Shown: positions 54,559 to 63,099 of the stretch, one piece after another | How the letters are laid out: each line of letters begins with the position of its first letter | Numbering within the stretch: the first letter of the stretch is position 1 | DNA from: a virus | IMG/VR virus record: IMGVR_UViG_3300031949_000030 | Span: 686 to 64,685 of that record | Direction: 5' to 3' (one strand) | Length of the DNA stretch: 64,000 nt | Notes under the pieces: generated by a model | What the model was told of the DNA's origin: nothing | The model's database searches: none | What the model saw: only the letters and a program-made list of their open reading frames with translations | Translations under genes and position numbers: made by a program

Positions 54559-54872
54559 GGTTGTTGTATTTTAACAAGATCTTTAGGGACAAGTTCGATG
54601 TTCTCCACAAGGTACATCTCGGGGGAGTTGTGTACCTTATATCTACGTCCTACAAAAGATCTCCGGATGTCACAGATATCCTTATGACAAGGATTTACTA
54701 CCCGGAGTCCCATTTTATAGACAGTTAGATCACTGGTATTTATTACCGTCATGTATATCTCGGGGTTATTCAAGAGCTTCTCTGCTGTAATCCGATCCTG
54801 AGATAGATGCTTCCCTCGAAAGAGGTACTTATCTATCCCTACTCTCATGTAGTACATCTGTGGTTCGGTCAT
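54555..54872 (-). CDS. 'YxRVG...ESIEIV' family protein (105 aa)
   Basis: 'YYMRVGIDKYLF'...'YLVENIELV'. Confidence 0.5.
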   Translation of the reverse strand: MTEPQMYYMRVGIDKYLFRGKHLSQDRITAEKLLNNPEIYMTVINTSDLTVYKMGLRVVNPCHKDICDIRRSFVGRRYKVHNSPEMYLVENIELVPKDLVKIQQP

Positions 54873-55111
54873 CTTGCAAGGTTATTAGGCACCAGTTCTA
54901 TCGAGTTAATCATGATTCTGACCTTGGGGTTCGTGGTAGATACTATCTTACCTAACCATCTCTTTCTTGCATAGTCAGGATCCCAGACGAACATAACTAC
55001 AAAGTGCTCTATAGAGTTCTTACTATCACACTCCTCTTTGTATTTATCCCCGGTGTAACCCAAGTATAAGTCAGGACCTACACGGATATACCAGTAAAGA
55101 GGAGATTTCAT
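54869..55111 (-). CDS. 'YxRVG...ESIEIV' family protein (80 aa)
   Basis: 'YWYIRVGPDLYL'...'LGKIV...IMINSIELV'. Confidence 0.5.
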   Translation of the reverse strand: MKSPLYWYIRVGPDLYLGYTGDKYKEECDSKNSIEHFVVMFVWDPDYARKRWLGKIVSTTNPKVRIMINSIELVPNNLAR

Positions 55112-55158
55112 GATAGTGGATATGGTTCTAGTTCAAGGGAGTCTATAATCATGTATTC

Positions 55159-55353
55159 TCATAGCTCAGGGCACTTGTATCTATTACCCAGATAATCTCT
55201 CTTTACCTGACCAGGATCCCATCTGGTGACGGACAAGAAAGCAATATGTTCGCCTCCCTTCCCGTTCCAGGAACTACTAATAATGATCTCTCCCTTTCTA
55301 GAGTGGGCCAGGTACATATGGAGACCTACTCTTACATAGTACCTACTCATCAT
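55159..55353 (-). CDS. 'YxRVG' family fragment (64 aa, lacks C-terminal motif)
   Basis: 'RYYVRVGLHMYLAHS', with no ESIEIV C-terminus. Confidence 0.35.
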   Translation of the reverse strand: MMSRYYVRVGLHMYLAHSRKGEIIISSSWNGKGGEHIAFLSVTRWDPGQVKRDYLGNRYKCPEL

Positions 55354-55793
55354 GCTGCTATGAGTTTCTGATCCTTCCGGATTATAAGACCTGAGGGTAG
55401 TATAGAGCCGATGTCCCAGTGTCTCTCGAGAAATCCCTCAGCGTGCTCCTCATTAAGCAGAAAAGGCATCCTGTGATGTACTTCTCTTATAAGAGGCCAG
55501 GAGTCCATAGTAAGTACCGCGAATTCATTGTTGGAATTAAGAAGAACTCCTGCCAGGAGTTTCTTCCCATCTTTGTGAGTAAACTCGACTCCTCTTTCGA
55601 AGAAGCTGTCCAAGGTCACGATCCCGGTCTTAAAGTTACGGTAGATCTCATTAATACGCTCTACCCGGGCATTATACTGCTCTCCGTTACGGAATCCCCA
55701 GACAGAGCTGGAGGTTCCTCTTGTACCTTGGTTGACACGCATGATGTCACCGGGCTTCAGAATTTTCATCCCAGATCTTGTACGTCCACACAT
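55350..55793 (-). CDS. SRAP/YedK-like (abasic-site processing) domain protein, compact
   Basis: N-terminal 'MCGR', 'YNARVERI' (INARVE), 'LDSFFERG' (DGWFEW) and 'VLTMDSWPLIREVHHRMPFLL' (DIHDRRPLVL) are in YedK order. Confidence 0.55.
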   Translation of the reverse strand: MCGRTRSGMKILKPGDIMRVNQGTRGTSSSVWGFRNGEQYNARVERINEIYRNFKTGIVTLDSFFERGVEFTHKDGKKLLAGVLLNSNNEFAVLTMDSWPLIREVHHRMPFLLNEEHAEGFLERHWDIGSILPSGLIIRKDQKLIAA

Positions 55794-55811
55794 AACCGGA
55801 ATATTAGTTGT

Positions 55812-56000
55812 CTAGAATGGCAGGTCTTTCTCAGGCTCCTGCTCTGGTCCCTTGGAATCTTTATCTCCCGGGTCAAGTACGGTGCCTATAATAGGTCCAT
55901 ACATTATCAGCATCGACGGAGGTATACCGGATGCTTCTACCTCCTCCATGAACCTGTCATGTTCTTCGGCGAGGTGCTTGTCTCTGTGAGAATTACTCAT
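55812..56000 (-). CDS. Hypothetical small protein (62 aa)
   Basis: ORF. Confidence 0.3.
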   Translation of the reverse strand: MSNSHRDKHLAEEHDRFMEEVEASGIPPSMLIMYGPIIGTVLDPGDKDSKGPEQEPEKDLPF

Positions 56001-56203
56001 AAGATATTAGTCAGGTAGTGCTTGGTTACATCCTCTTCAGATTCTATCCTGCTGAGGACACTCTGTGCTTCCTTGTCATCCTTAACCCGGAAGCTGAGGG
56101 TATTCAGGATCCTCTCCCTGGTTATCAGAGAGCCGGTGTTCTTGTCCCTGATCATCTCTCTGGTGAAAGGTGCATTCCTGATGTGGATAGTGAGTCTTTT
56201 CAT
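55997..56203 (-). CDS. Hypothetical small protein (68 aa)
   Basis: ORF. Confidence 0.3.
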   Translation of the reverse strand: MKRLTIHIRNAPFTREMIRDKNTGSLITRERILNTLSFRVKDDKEAQSVLSRIESEEDVTKHYLTNIL

Positions 56204-56472
56204 GTTGTTATTGGATAAGCTGTAGTTTTTGTAGGTCCGGGGGAGGTCTCAGGCTTAGGTATGAACATACGTATATGTCTATCCACCTTTGAGGTTTCGT
56301 CATAGATAGTAGTGTAAGAGAGAGTTCTCCCGATGCACTGACTCTCTTCCTGACTTTTAAAAGAGAGAGCTTTGCAGGAGTTATGGGTAAAGTAATACCT
56401 TCCGGTATCGTCTTGTGCAAGGAAGCGTGACTCTCTGGGAGGTACTCTTATAGATATTCTATATATGCTCAT
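56200..56472 (-). CDS. Hypothetical small protein (90 aa)
   Basis: ORF. Confidence 0.3.
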   Translation of the reverse strand: MSIYRISIRVPPRESRFLAQDDTGRYYFTHNSCKALSFKSQEESQCIGRTLSYTTIYDETSKVDRHIRMFIPKPETSPGPTKTTAYPITT

Positions 56473-56490
56473 GGCAGTTGGTTATTAAAG

Positions 56491-56868
56491 TTAGTGAGTG
56501 CTATCAAGTATATTTGCAGATTCTACAAGTATAAGCACTGTTTTATCTCTGTTGAAGTCTGTGACAACTATTCTCTTTCCTATGAGTGCTTTACAAAACT
56601 TAATGGCATACTCTCTTTTAACACTTAGAGGTATATAGGCTAAAGCTGTTGATCCAAATAATCCTGAGAGGTTTCCCTGAGAATCTTTAACTGGGAACTC
56701 TACAGAGACACAATGAGGGCCTTCCCCAACTATCCTAACTATTTTCTCTTCTGGTATATTCTTCAAGGTTCTGATAGATGAAATAGCCATAGAGCATATA
56801 AAGATAGGAGTGTTCCATCCGGGAGGAGGATTCACAATAATACGGTAGTGCATAGATTTCTTATTCAT
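56491..56868 (-). CDS. 'LIGKRIVV' subfamily protein A (125 aa)
   Basis: 'PIFICSMAISSI...LSGLFGST...FCKALIGKRIVVTD...LILVESANIL' is paralogous to the next gene. Its C-terminus is related to the ESIEIV family. Confidence 0.5.
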   Translation of the reverse strand: MNKKSMHYRIIVNPPPGWNTPIFICSMAISSIRTLKNIPEEKIVRIVGEGPHCVSVEFPVKDSQGNLSGLFGSTALAYIPLSVKREYAIKFCKALIGKRIVVTDFNRDKTVLILVESANILDSTH

Positions 56869-56873
56869 GGTGC

Positions 56874-57272
56874 TTAAAGGGGATCTAGCTTACTTCTTAT
56901 CAAGTTTACTGACTCTATAAGGAGTACGAGTGAGGAGGACCCAGCATCTATATTCGATTTATCAATAACAACTATTCTCTTACCTATAAGCTGTCTACAA
57001 AAGTTTACACAGCAACCCGAGGGTAGATCTATAGGGCTATATCCCCTCCTCCTAGTGGATCCGAATAGACCTGGTAGTGTGTCATTTATATCAGGTATAT
57101 GAGTATGAGGTAGTACTACCGTGGCATGAGCAGAGGGAGTCAGATTCCACTTTACTCTTATTATTTTATTAGGAGGTAGCCTCTTGTAATAATCGTGTAT
57201 AGAGGCTACGGACATTGAGCATAGAAACACAGGAGCTCTCATTGATGCAGGTGTGTTTAGTATAATATTCAT
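56874..57272 (-). CDS. 'LIGKRIVV' subfamily protein B (132 aa)
   Basis: 'PVFLCSMSVASI...LPGLFGST...FCRQLIGKRIVVID...LVLLIESVNLI'. Confidence 0.5.
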   Translation of the reverse strand: MNIILNTPASMRAPVFLCSMSVASIHDYYKRLPPNKIIRVKWNLTPSAHATVVLPHTHIPDINDTLPGLFGSTRRRGYSPIDLPSGCCVNFCRQLIGKRIVVIDKSNIDAGSSSLVLLIESVNLIRSKLDPL

Positions 57273-57616
57273 GTTGATATATATTTAGCTTGTGTCTTCC
57301 AGTACTCCAGTCTTCTCCTGAGTATGGGGGCACAGTGCGTGACTCTCCCATTCTTCACTATGAGCCCTGCACAAAGGTAGGGTGTGGTTACCTGGTATAG
57401 TCCGTCTTTCATAGGTAGTTCGTGTATTAGTTATCCCCGAAGGGACTGAGTCAGCAGGGTTAACTTCTTGTGGCTTCTGCAGCCCGGGTAACACTTGAAG
57501 AGCTCAAAGTCTCAAGAGCAGAGGTGTTATCAAACAGCGGTCGGTGAGTTCTGTACCTTACCCTGACGAATCCGGGTTATGGTACGCTCTCAGTCTCCGG
57601 TTAACCTACTTCTGTG

Positions 57617-58381
57617 CTATACTGCTAACTCAATGGGTAGAAACTTCTGTAGATTAATAAGGATGTGCGCGTCCTTATTGCTATAAGGTATAGCAGATAA
57701 TCCTTCCTTGAGATATCTTACTGCTCTTTCCCGGACAAGCTCCATGAGTGTGTCCCGGTGAGAGTCTTTAAGTTTCTTATATAACTCATACTGCTGGGCA
57801 AACATAATAAGCTGCGCATGCATACTAAGGGTAAGGTGTGTAATATGAGTCATGTCCTTAAGTTTAGGGTCGTGATGATCTCCTGCATGACCACAGTCAA
57901 ATCCGAAGACTATGTAACCTGTAGGGTCCTTAGCGAGCTCGTGATTGATATACTTTATACGGACCATGTAGCTGTCCGGGGGACTATCGTTTAATCTCTC
58001 CTTGTATTGCTTCTGGACTTCTTCCTGGGTATTGCATCCAATCTGTACGCAGTAGGTTATGCCCCCGTGAATATCGAGCTCGTGCGATCCTTCAAAGTCA
58101 CCGTTTCCCCACCACTCCTTAGGTACATCTGACTTAGGTATAACACAGTATCCACAGGCAAACTCCATTATCGGGTGATGTTGTGTTCCCGGAGGTTTAT
58201 TTACTACACAGAGGTTAGCATAATGATATATCTTAAGCCCCTTATCTGAGTACTTAGGGCTGAGGTAAAATGGATAGAACCTGTAGGGCTGCTTCATTCT
58301 CTCGAGGAGCCCCTTGATGAGATGGTTATCAATAGTCCAGGTGAACCGTATAGGTCTTCTATCTGTCTTAGGTCTTTTCAT
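57617..58381 (-). CDS. Hypothetical protein (254 aa), His/Cys-rich
   Basis: ORF. 'HELDIHGGITY', 'GFDCGHAGDHHDP' and 'THITHLTL' hint at a metal-dependent or 2H-like enzyme. This is unresolved. Confidence 0.4.
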   Translation of the reverse strand: MKRPKTDRRPIRFTWTIDNHLIKGLLERMKQPYRFYPFYLSPKYSDKGLKIYHYANLCVVNKPPGTQHHPIMEFACGYCVIPKSDVPKEWWGNGDFEGSHELDIHGGITYCVQIGCNTQEEVQKQYKERLNDSPPDSYMVRIKYINHELAKDPTGYIVFGFDCGHAGDHHDPKLKDMTHITHLTLSMHAQLIMFAQQYELYKKLKDSHRDTLMELVRERAVRYLKEGLSAIPYSNKDAHILINLQKFLPIELAV

Positions 58382-58663
58382 TCAAAGATAGTTGGTTAGC
58401 ACCAGTTCTATAGAGTCAGGTCTTATATAAGGACGGTACCTCTGCACATTATCAAATGTACTTATCTTCTTCCCCAGGAGGTAATTCCTTAGAAGAAGAG
58501 CCTGATCCCTTGGCATAAGATCGGGATTTATTAGTGAAGTAGCAAACCATACCAGGTTTTCTGGAGGGACACCTGCTATAAATCTGGCTAATCCACTATG
58601 AGTATCTGCGTGGACATATACGTATTGAGCTACCCTAAGAGCGAAAAGTGGGGTGTGGTTCAT
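58382..58663 (-). CDS. Divergent 'YxRVG...ESIEIV'-like protein (93 aa)
   Basis: 'FALRVAQYVYV'...'LLGKKIS...RPDSIELVL'. Confidence 0.4.
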   Translation of the reverse strand: MNHTPLFALRVAQYVYVHADTHSGLARFIAGVPPENLVWFATSLINPDLMPRDQALLLRNYLLGKKISTFDNVQRYRPYIRPDSIELVLTNYL

Positions 58664-58687
58664 GGTAGGTTAGTCATAGTTATTTGC

Positions 58688-59116
58688 TTAAGGGTTGTAT
58701 TCTTTCATGAGATAGTCTTCCTGCTCACCTGAGAGATACTCGCATCTCTCTAGATTGTTTCTTTCTTTAGTAGTCTCATTTCCGTCCAGGAGTTCGTCCA
58801 GGAGTACGTCTCTGGTATAATGAGAGATTTGTCCCGGGTTATTTGTCCGTATCTCGTCAATGTTAAGTGACAGATAGATATGGTCTACAACTCTATAAAC
58901 AGTAAACAGATAGGCACATTGGATGTCTTTCTCTCCTGGGTCTGAGTCAAGGTATGCTACCATGGCATCCGCAGCATGCCTCCTGAGAACTCTTGGGGTG
59001 AACCCCGTAGCTTTACCGGGATATATCAGCTGCAAGATGGCACTGGCTCGTACAAAGTTATAATTGTCCAGTATATGTCTTACTCTCTTAATCATCTTCT
59101 CTTCTTTCCTGGTCAT
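58688..59116 (-). CDS. 'YNF' family protein, copy 2 (142 aa)
   Basis: 'IKRVRHILDNYNFVRASAILQLIYP'. Confidence 0.45.
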   Translation of the reverse strand: MTRKEEKMIKRVRHILDNYNFVRASAILQLIYPGKATGFTPRVLRRHAADAMVAYLDSDPGEKDIQCAYLFTVYRVVDHIYLSLNIDEIRTNNPGQISHYTRDVLLDELLDGNETTKERNNLERCEYLSGEQEDYLMKEYNP

Positions 59117-59478
59117 GGTATACGTGTTATTCCGGGAGTTACTTCTCCCTTATCACTAATAGTGCGGGTGTCTGTCTTGTGGATAATGTAGATTCTTAAG
59201 TATACCCACCACTGGCCTTCTTCATACCTCTTAGCCACACTTATACCAAAAGGCTCTATTATTACGTCCTCCCGACCTCCCTTAGTGAGCATGCCTGTGA
59301 GTATCCCTCTCAACCATGATTCCATGTAGTATCTCGCATGTGGCCAGTAGTCCTTTGAATATAACTTACCTTGCTGATCACACAGCCGGGATAGCCGGTC
59401 AGTATCTATAGTAGCCATTATCCTCCGAACTGTTTCAAAGGGGTCGGCTTCATAATAAGGGATAGGAGCAGGGTCCAT
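59113..59478 (-). CDS. Hypothetical protein (121 aa)
   Basis: ORF. Confidence 0.4.
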   Translation of the reverse strand: MDPAPIPYYEADPFETVRRIMATIDTDRLSRLCDQQGKLYSKDYWPHARYYMESWLRGILTGMLTKGGREDVIIEPFGISVAKRYEEGQWWVYLRIYIIHKTDTRTISDKGEVTPGITRIP

Positions 59479-59549
59479 AGGTAGTTAAAGTAATCTTTAG
59501 TAGAAATAGTTCTCCGGTACTACTTCTACTGATGAGATATATGACTCAA

Positions 59550-59831
59550 TCAAGGTATGGGTGGTGTGGTGAGACTAGTTACTTTTTTACGGAGGATCCC
59601 GAGAACTTCCTCTCTTGTCAGAGAGCAACAGAAGAACCCGTGAGGGTTGTCATCAGCCTTCACTGTGAATCTGTCTTTCATAAACTCTTCCTGAACGGTG
59701 CAGGTCACCCATCTCTCCTCTTCCTCCAGGGGACGCTTGACAACTGCAAAAGAATAGTGATTCCAGTACGTCTGTGTGAGAGGGTACCTTATAGTTATTC
59801 TCTTACCTATGAGATTTTCTGGGTTATTCAT
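59550..59831 (-). CDS. Hypothetical protein (93 aa), possibly related to 'LIGKRIVV' subfamily
   Basis: N-terminal 'NLIGKRITIRYPL'. Confidence 0.35.
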   Translation of the reverse strand: MNNPENLIGKRITIRYPLTQTYWNHYSFAVVKRPLEEEERWVTCTVQEEFMKDRFTVKADDNPHGFFCCSLTREEVLGILRKKVTSLTTPPIP

Positions 59832-59869
59832 ACTAGTACTTCTTATATTCTCTGCTTTAGTTTTTAGTT

Positions 59870-59955
59870 GTGACTAGGTCGGATTCGAACCGACACTTCC
59901 CTTCTCCAGGATAATACTTACACAGATGATTTTCACCAGGCTATACAAACCCTGC
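59870..59955 (-). other. tRNA-like 3' fragment (T-arm plus acceptor-like tail) without a recognisable complete cloverleaf
   Basis: Minus-strand GTCGG-TTCGAAT-CCGAC-CTAGTCA-C is a canonical T-stem-loop. The upstream candidate 5' acceptor 'TGTATAG' pairs only 5 of 7 positions. No D-arm was found. Confidence 0.3.
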
Positions 59956-60032
59956 TACTTCTCATCTTGTATATGTGCTTTCTTTCTCGGAGAACGGCGT
60001 GCTACCGTTACACTACTTTGCCAGTTATATAC

Positions 60033-60455
60033 TTAGAACTTCTCCTGAGATAACTCTTCATAGAGATGTGTAAAGGTCTTCCCCATATAGTCTGATGCCT
60101 CTTGTGTTTTTAAGTAGGCCACCAGGCCGTAGAAGTAGTGGTCGCCGTAGTCCGAGCTCCGAAAGACTAACCTCCGACCAACAGCTAACTGAAAGTAGGG
60201 ATACCACTTTACTCCCTCTTTTCTCCAGTCTGGAAAGGTTCTGTCTTCAATAAGAATGTTTATAGCACGGGCTATCGTCTTAATCTTATTAGAGACAGTA
60301 TCATCCGGATTAGGGATTATGCTGAGCACTTTACAGGCCTTATCATAGGAATCAACCTGGTGGAACTTAGTTATCTTACCTCTTTGCTCGTCAATTTGTC
60401 TGAGCTGGTCAGGTGTGAGAGTTATGAGAACTCCGTCTACTGTTATCTTAGTCAT
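60033..60455 (-). CDS. WYPYF-domain family protein (140 aa), paralog B
   Basis: 'KWYPYFQLAVGRRLVFRSSDYGDHYFYGLVAYLKTQEASDYMGKTFTHLYEEL' is a nucleotide- and protein-level paralog of 31286..31771. Confidence 0.55.
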   Translation of the reverse strand: MTKITVDGVLITLTPDQLRQIDEQRGKITKFHQVDSYDKACKVLSIIPNPDDTVSNKIKTIARAINILIEDRTFPDWRKEGVKWYPYFQLAVGRRLVFRSSDYGDHYFYGLVAYLKTQEASDYMGKTFTHLYEELSQEKF

Positions 60456-60479
60456 GTTACTAGTTTTTAGGATTAGAAT

Positions 60480-60608
60480 TTACTTGCTTACAGACACTCT
60501 CTTCTTACCAGTTATTTTTCTGATAGCAGTAAGATGAGCTGCAAGATATATGTTGTCAGGATCTTTAGAGAAGATCATAAGTCTGATTGTCTGCAGATCA
60601 TCTCTCAT
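60480..60608 (-). CDS. Unlisted 42-aa 'SPD-motif' ORF upstream of paralog B
   Basis: Manual translation gives 'MRDDLQTIRLMIFSKDPDNIYLAAHLTAIRKITGKKRVSVSK'. It matches 'KMIKSPDKENVYLAVSIIRSK' at the N-terminus of paralog A and the 49.5-50.1 kb pair. Confidence 0.35.
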   Translation of the reverse strand: MRDDLQTIRLMIFSKDPDNIYLAAHLTAIRKITGKKRVSVSK

Positions 60609-61046
60609 GTGAGTATATATTAGTTATTAGCAGACCCCTCTGCACTCAGTTGTAATAATAGAAGAGTTAGCATAGTTGCGACCGATCATGTATTTCTACC
60701 CGATTGGTGTGGTGACTTATTTACCACTTTATTAACTACTTCTATTTACTACAACTGCTCACCCTTGGGAGCTGATTAACCTCGGCAAATCCGATACTAT
60801 ATCGGGATAATCAGGTAGTTTCACATCTTACTCCACATATTCGTCCCTAAGGATAATGTTATTTTGTGGTACACCCCCTTAAAGGGCTGACGGAGGATAT
60901 CCGTTTCTTAAGAAGTCTTTATATCTACGTAAGTTATGGTGCATTATTGCAGGCCAGGACTGGTGCTATCTGCTTGGTGGCTCATCGTGCCACAGAGGAT
61001 TCTCACCCTATAAGTACTTTCTTTATGAGGTTAGTTTTAGGTGAAG

Positions 61047-61331
61047 TTACTGTACTTCATGACTCCCTATCCGGACTATCTCTATACTGTCTATGAGAAG
61101 CTTTCTTCTTCCTCCTGTATTCTTTAGGGGAGGAAATAGAAGTTTCCCTATATAACTTCTTGCTTTCAACATAGCTCCTCTCTTTCCCCTTACCAGGAGG
61201 ACATTAGTGGTGGCTGTGTCATAGGTGTGGTGAATATAGACCTCCTCGGGAGTAGGGTTTGTAGTAGGATGGGTCCGGTATCTACTTATACATAGATTTT
61301 CTCCGACCCGGAGCTTGTATAGTCCTCGCAT
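61047..61331 (-). CDS. 'YxRVG...ESIEIV' family protein (94 aa)
   Basis: 'LYKLRVGENLCI'...'YIGKLL...KLLIDSIEIV'. Confidence 0.5.
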   Translation of the reverse strand: MRGLYKLRVGENLCISRYRTHPTTNPTPEEVYIHHTYDTATTNVLLVRGKRGAMLKARSYIGKLLFPPLKNTGGRRKLLIDSIEIVRIGSHEVQ

Positions 61332-61364
61332 AAAAGTTATGATAGTTGAGTGATGTGTTGATTC

Positions 61365-61778
61365 TTACTCAAGTCCCGGGACGGGCTTCTTTTCTATCCA
61401 GTAGGTATATTCTTCGTAGGAAAGTCCGTGAAGAATACTACCGTCCCTTTGGTAAAGAAGCATCTGGTGAGACAGGTATATGGCTACCCGATTGACTCCC
61501 TCTGCTGTAATTATTACAGGCAGGAAGGATAGCTCAACTCTCTTATCAGAGTAGCTACGCATCTGAAAGCATATCTCTGTGGGAGATATAGAGAGGTCCT
61601 CTCTACTAAATTTAAGGGCACCGGCGGCCCATATTCTTAGATTCAGAGGGGTTAATATATTACGATATTCCGGATGCAGGAGTCTCATTACAGCAGCTGC
61701 CTCGACAAAGTTGAACTTATCAAGGTGCTCACGGATTCTCCGGAGATAACTGTGTAGCTGAGCTATAGTGTGGGTCAT
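61365..61778 (-). CDS. 'YNF' family protein, copy 3 (137 aa)
   Basis: 'LRRIREHLDKFNFVEAAAVMRLLHP'. Confidence 0.45.
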   Translation of the reverse strand: MTHTIAQLHSYLRRIREHLDKFNFVEAAAVMRLLHPEYRNILTPLNLRIWAAGALKFSREDLSISPTEICFQMRSYSDKRVELSFLPVIITAEGVNRVAIYLSHQMLLYQRDGSILHGLSYEEYTYWIEKKPVPGLE

Positions 61779-62056
61779 ACTGGTATGATTTCTCCGTTTT
61801 CTATGAGTAATTTTATCTCCCGGTTATAGTATCTGGTAAGTACCTTACCTTTACAGAGGTTGAGCACTTTTATAGCCTCAGGTCTACTGAACTTTGCTGC
61901 TTGTGTTGAAGGAGAATTATTAGTTTGCCAGAGATTGTAACCCAGGGATCCTCCTCTTACGATTCTTACGGAGGAGAGAAGTGAGGAGTGTACTATATAC
62001 AGATTTTCTCCGACACGGATGTAATATTTCTTCTCATCTCTTTCGGCTATAGTCAT
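61775..62056 (-). CDS. 'YxRVG...ESIEIV' family protein (93 aa)
   Basis: 'KYYIRVGENLYIV'...'CKGKVL...KLLIENGEII'. Confidence 0.5.
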   Translation of the reverse strand: MTIAERDEKKYYIRVGENLYIVHSSLLSSVRIVRGGSLGYNLWQTNNSPSTQAAKFSRPEAIKVLNLCKGKVLTRYYNREIKLLIENGEIIPV

Positions 62057-62061
62057 GATAG

Positions 62062-62289
62062 TTAGTTAGGAGAGGCTCTGATTAGTTCTATTGACTCTAT
62101 AAGAAGTGTCCTTCTTGCTAAAGGGCACATAAAGACCTTGCCTTTATACCTCTTCACTGCCTCTATAGCTTCCTTATAGGTAACGGGAGGCCAAGCATTG
62201 GTATCAACCCGATATCCTCCTTCGGCAGGTCTAAGGTATAGATTCTCACCTATCCTAAGATAGTAACCATGGTAAATATGTGAAGTCAT
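62062..62289 (-). CDS. 'YxRVG...ESIEIV' family protein (75 aa)
   Basis: 'YYLRIGENLYLR'...'YKGKVF...LLIESIELI'. Confidence 0.5.
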   Translation of the reverse strand: MTSHIYHGYYLRIGENLYLRPAEGGYRVDTNAWPPVTYKEAIEAVKRYKGKVFMCPLARRTLLIESIELIRASPN

Positions 62290-62531
62290 AGTTTGAAAGC
62301 AAAGGATACTATCTCTATAGACTCTACGAGGAACTTCTTTGGATCGCCATTATGCATAGGCAGGAGCTTTCCTTTATATGTGAGTGCTCTCTTTTTGGTG
62401 AGCTCATAGGATCTGGAGTCCCAGTCTATAATAACTGTATCCGGGTAGTAAACCACACATGTTTCAGGAAATCTCTTCAGGTATAAACGAGGGCCTACCC
62501 GGAGGTTGTAATAGGTTATAGTAGTAGCCAT
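62286..62531 (-). CDS. 'YxRVG...ESIEIV' family protein (81 aa)
   Basis: 'YYNLRVGPRLYLK'...'YKGKLL...FLVESIEIV'. Confidence 0.5.
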   Translation of the reverse strand: MATTITYYNLRVGPRLYLKRFPETCVVYYPDTVIIDWDSRSYELTKKRALTYKGKLLPMHNGDPKKFLVESIEIVSFAFKL

Positions 62532-62541
62532 GGGATTTAGG

Positions 62542-62832
62542 TTATATACTCTTGCTATCTATAAGCTCAGCATTCTCAATGAAGTACTTCTTACTACTAT
62601 GGAAGCCCGGGACTTTCCTTGCTCTGATCTCTCTGATTATATTCAGGGCTACATCACGACTATAGGTTATTATAGTGCCGCTCGTTCTTAGCGAGGCTAT
62701 CTGCCATATCTCCAGATTTACTACGTAGAGAAGACCCTGGTGAGACATCGACGTGTAGATATACTGATCAGGACCGGTTCTTATGAGATAGTGCATGTGG
62801 TGGTATTTTAAAGTGGACCCCGGGATACTCAT
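62542..62832 (-). CDS. 'YxRVG...ESIEIV' family protein (96 aa)
   Basis: 'HYLIRTGPDQYIY'...'KYFIENAELI'. Confidence 0.5.
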   Translation of the reverse strand: MSIPGSTLKYHHMHYLIRTGPDQYIYTSMSHQGLLYVVNLEIWQIASLRTSGTIITYSRDVALNIIREIRARKVPGFHSSKKYFIENAELIDSKSI

Positions 62833-63071
62833 CAGAGCTCTATAAACTCGGCTGTCTCTATGAGATATTGTTTATTCTCCCGCAAATCCCCGACTCTCTT
62901 TCCTTTAATCTTAGCTAACATCTTCCAGGCTTCTATCCTGGTGTAGCCTATATGAGAAGAGGCCCGATAGGATAACCTGGGGGTTACACTGCTAAGGATT
63001 GTATTATGAAAGTCTCTGTATATAAAGTGTTTAGGTCCTACCCGAAGAGCATAATAGCAAGGAGAGGTCAT
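62832..63071 (-). CDS. 'YxRVG...ESIEIV' family protein (79 aa)
   Basis: 'YYALRVGPKHFIY'...'IKGKRV...YLIETAEFI'. Confidence 0.5.
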   Translation of the reverse strand: MTSPCYYALRVGPKHFIYRDFHNTILSSVTPRLSYRASSHIGYTRIEAWKMLAKIKGKRVGDLRENKQYLIETAEFIEL

Positions 63072-63099
63072 GAGAAGTTAGTGAGTTAGGTATGGGATA

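Noticed and set aside
59870-59955. Integration (attP) module implied by the tRNA-like fragment
   Set aside because: No tyrosine or serine integrase-like ORF was found in the window. The ORF 55350..55793 begins with MCGR, which is an SRAP signature and not an integrase.
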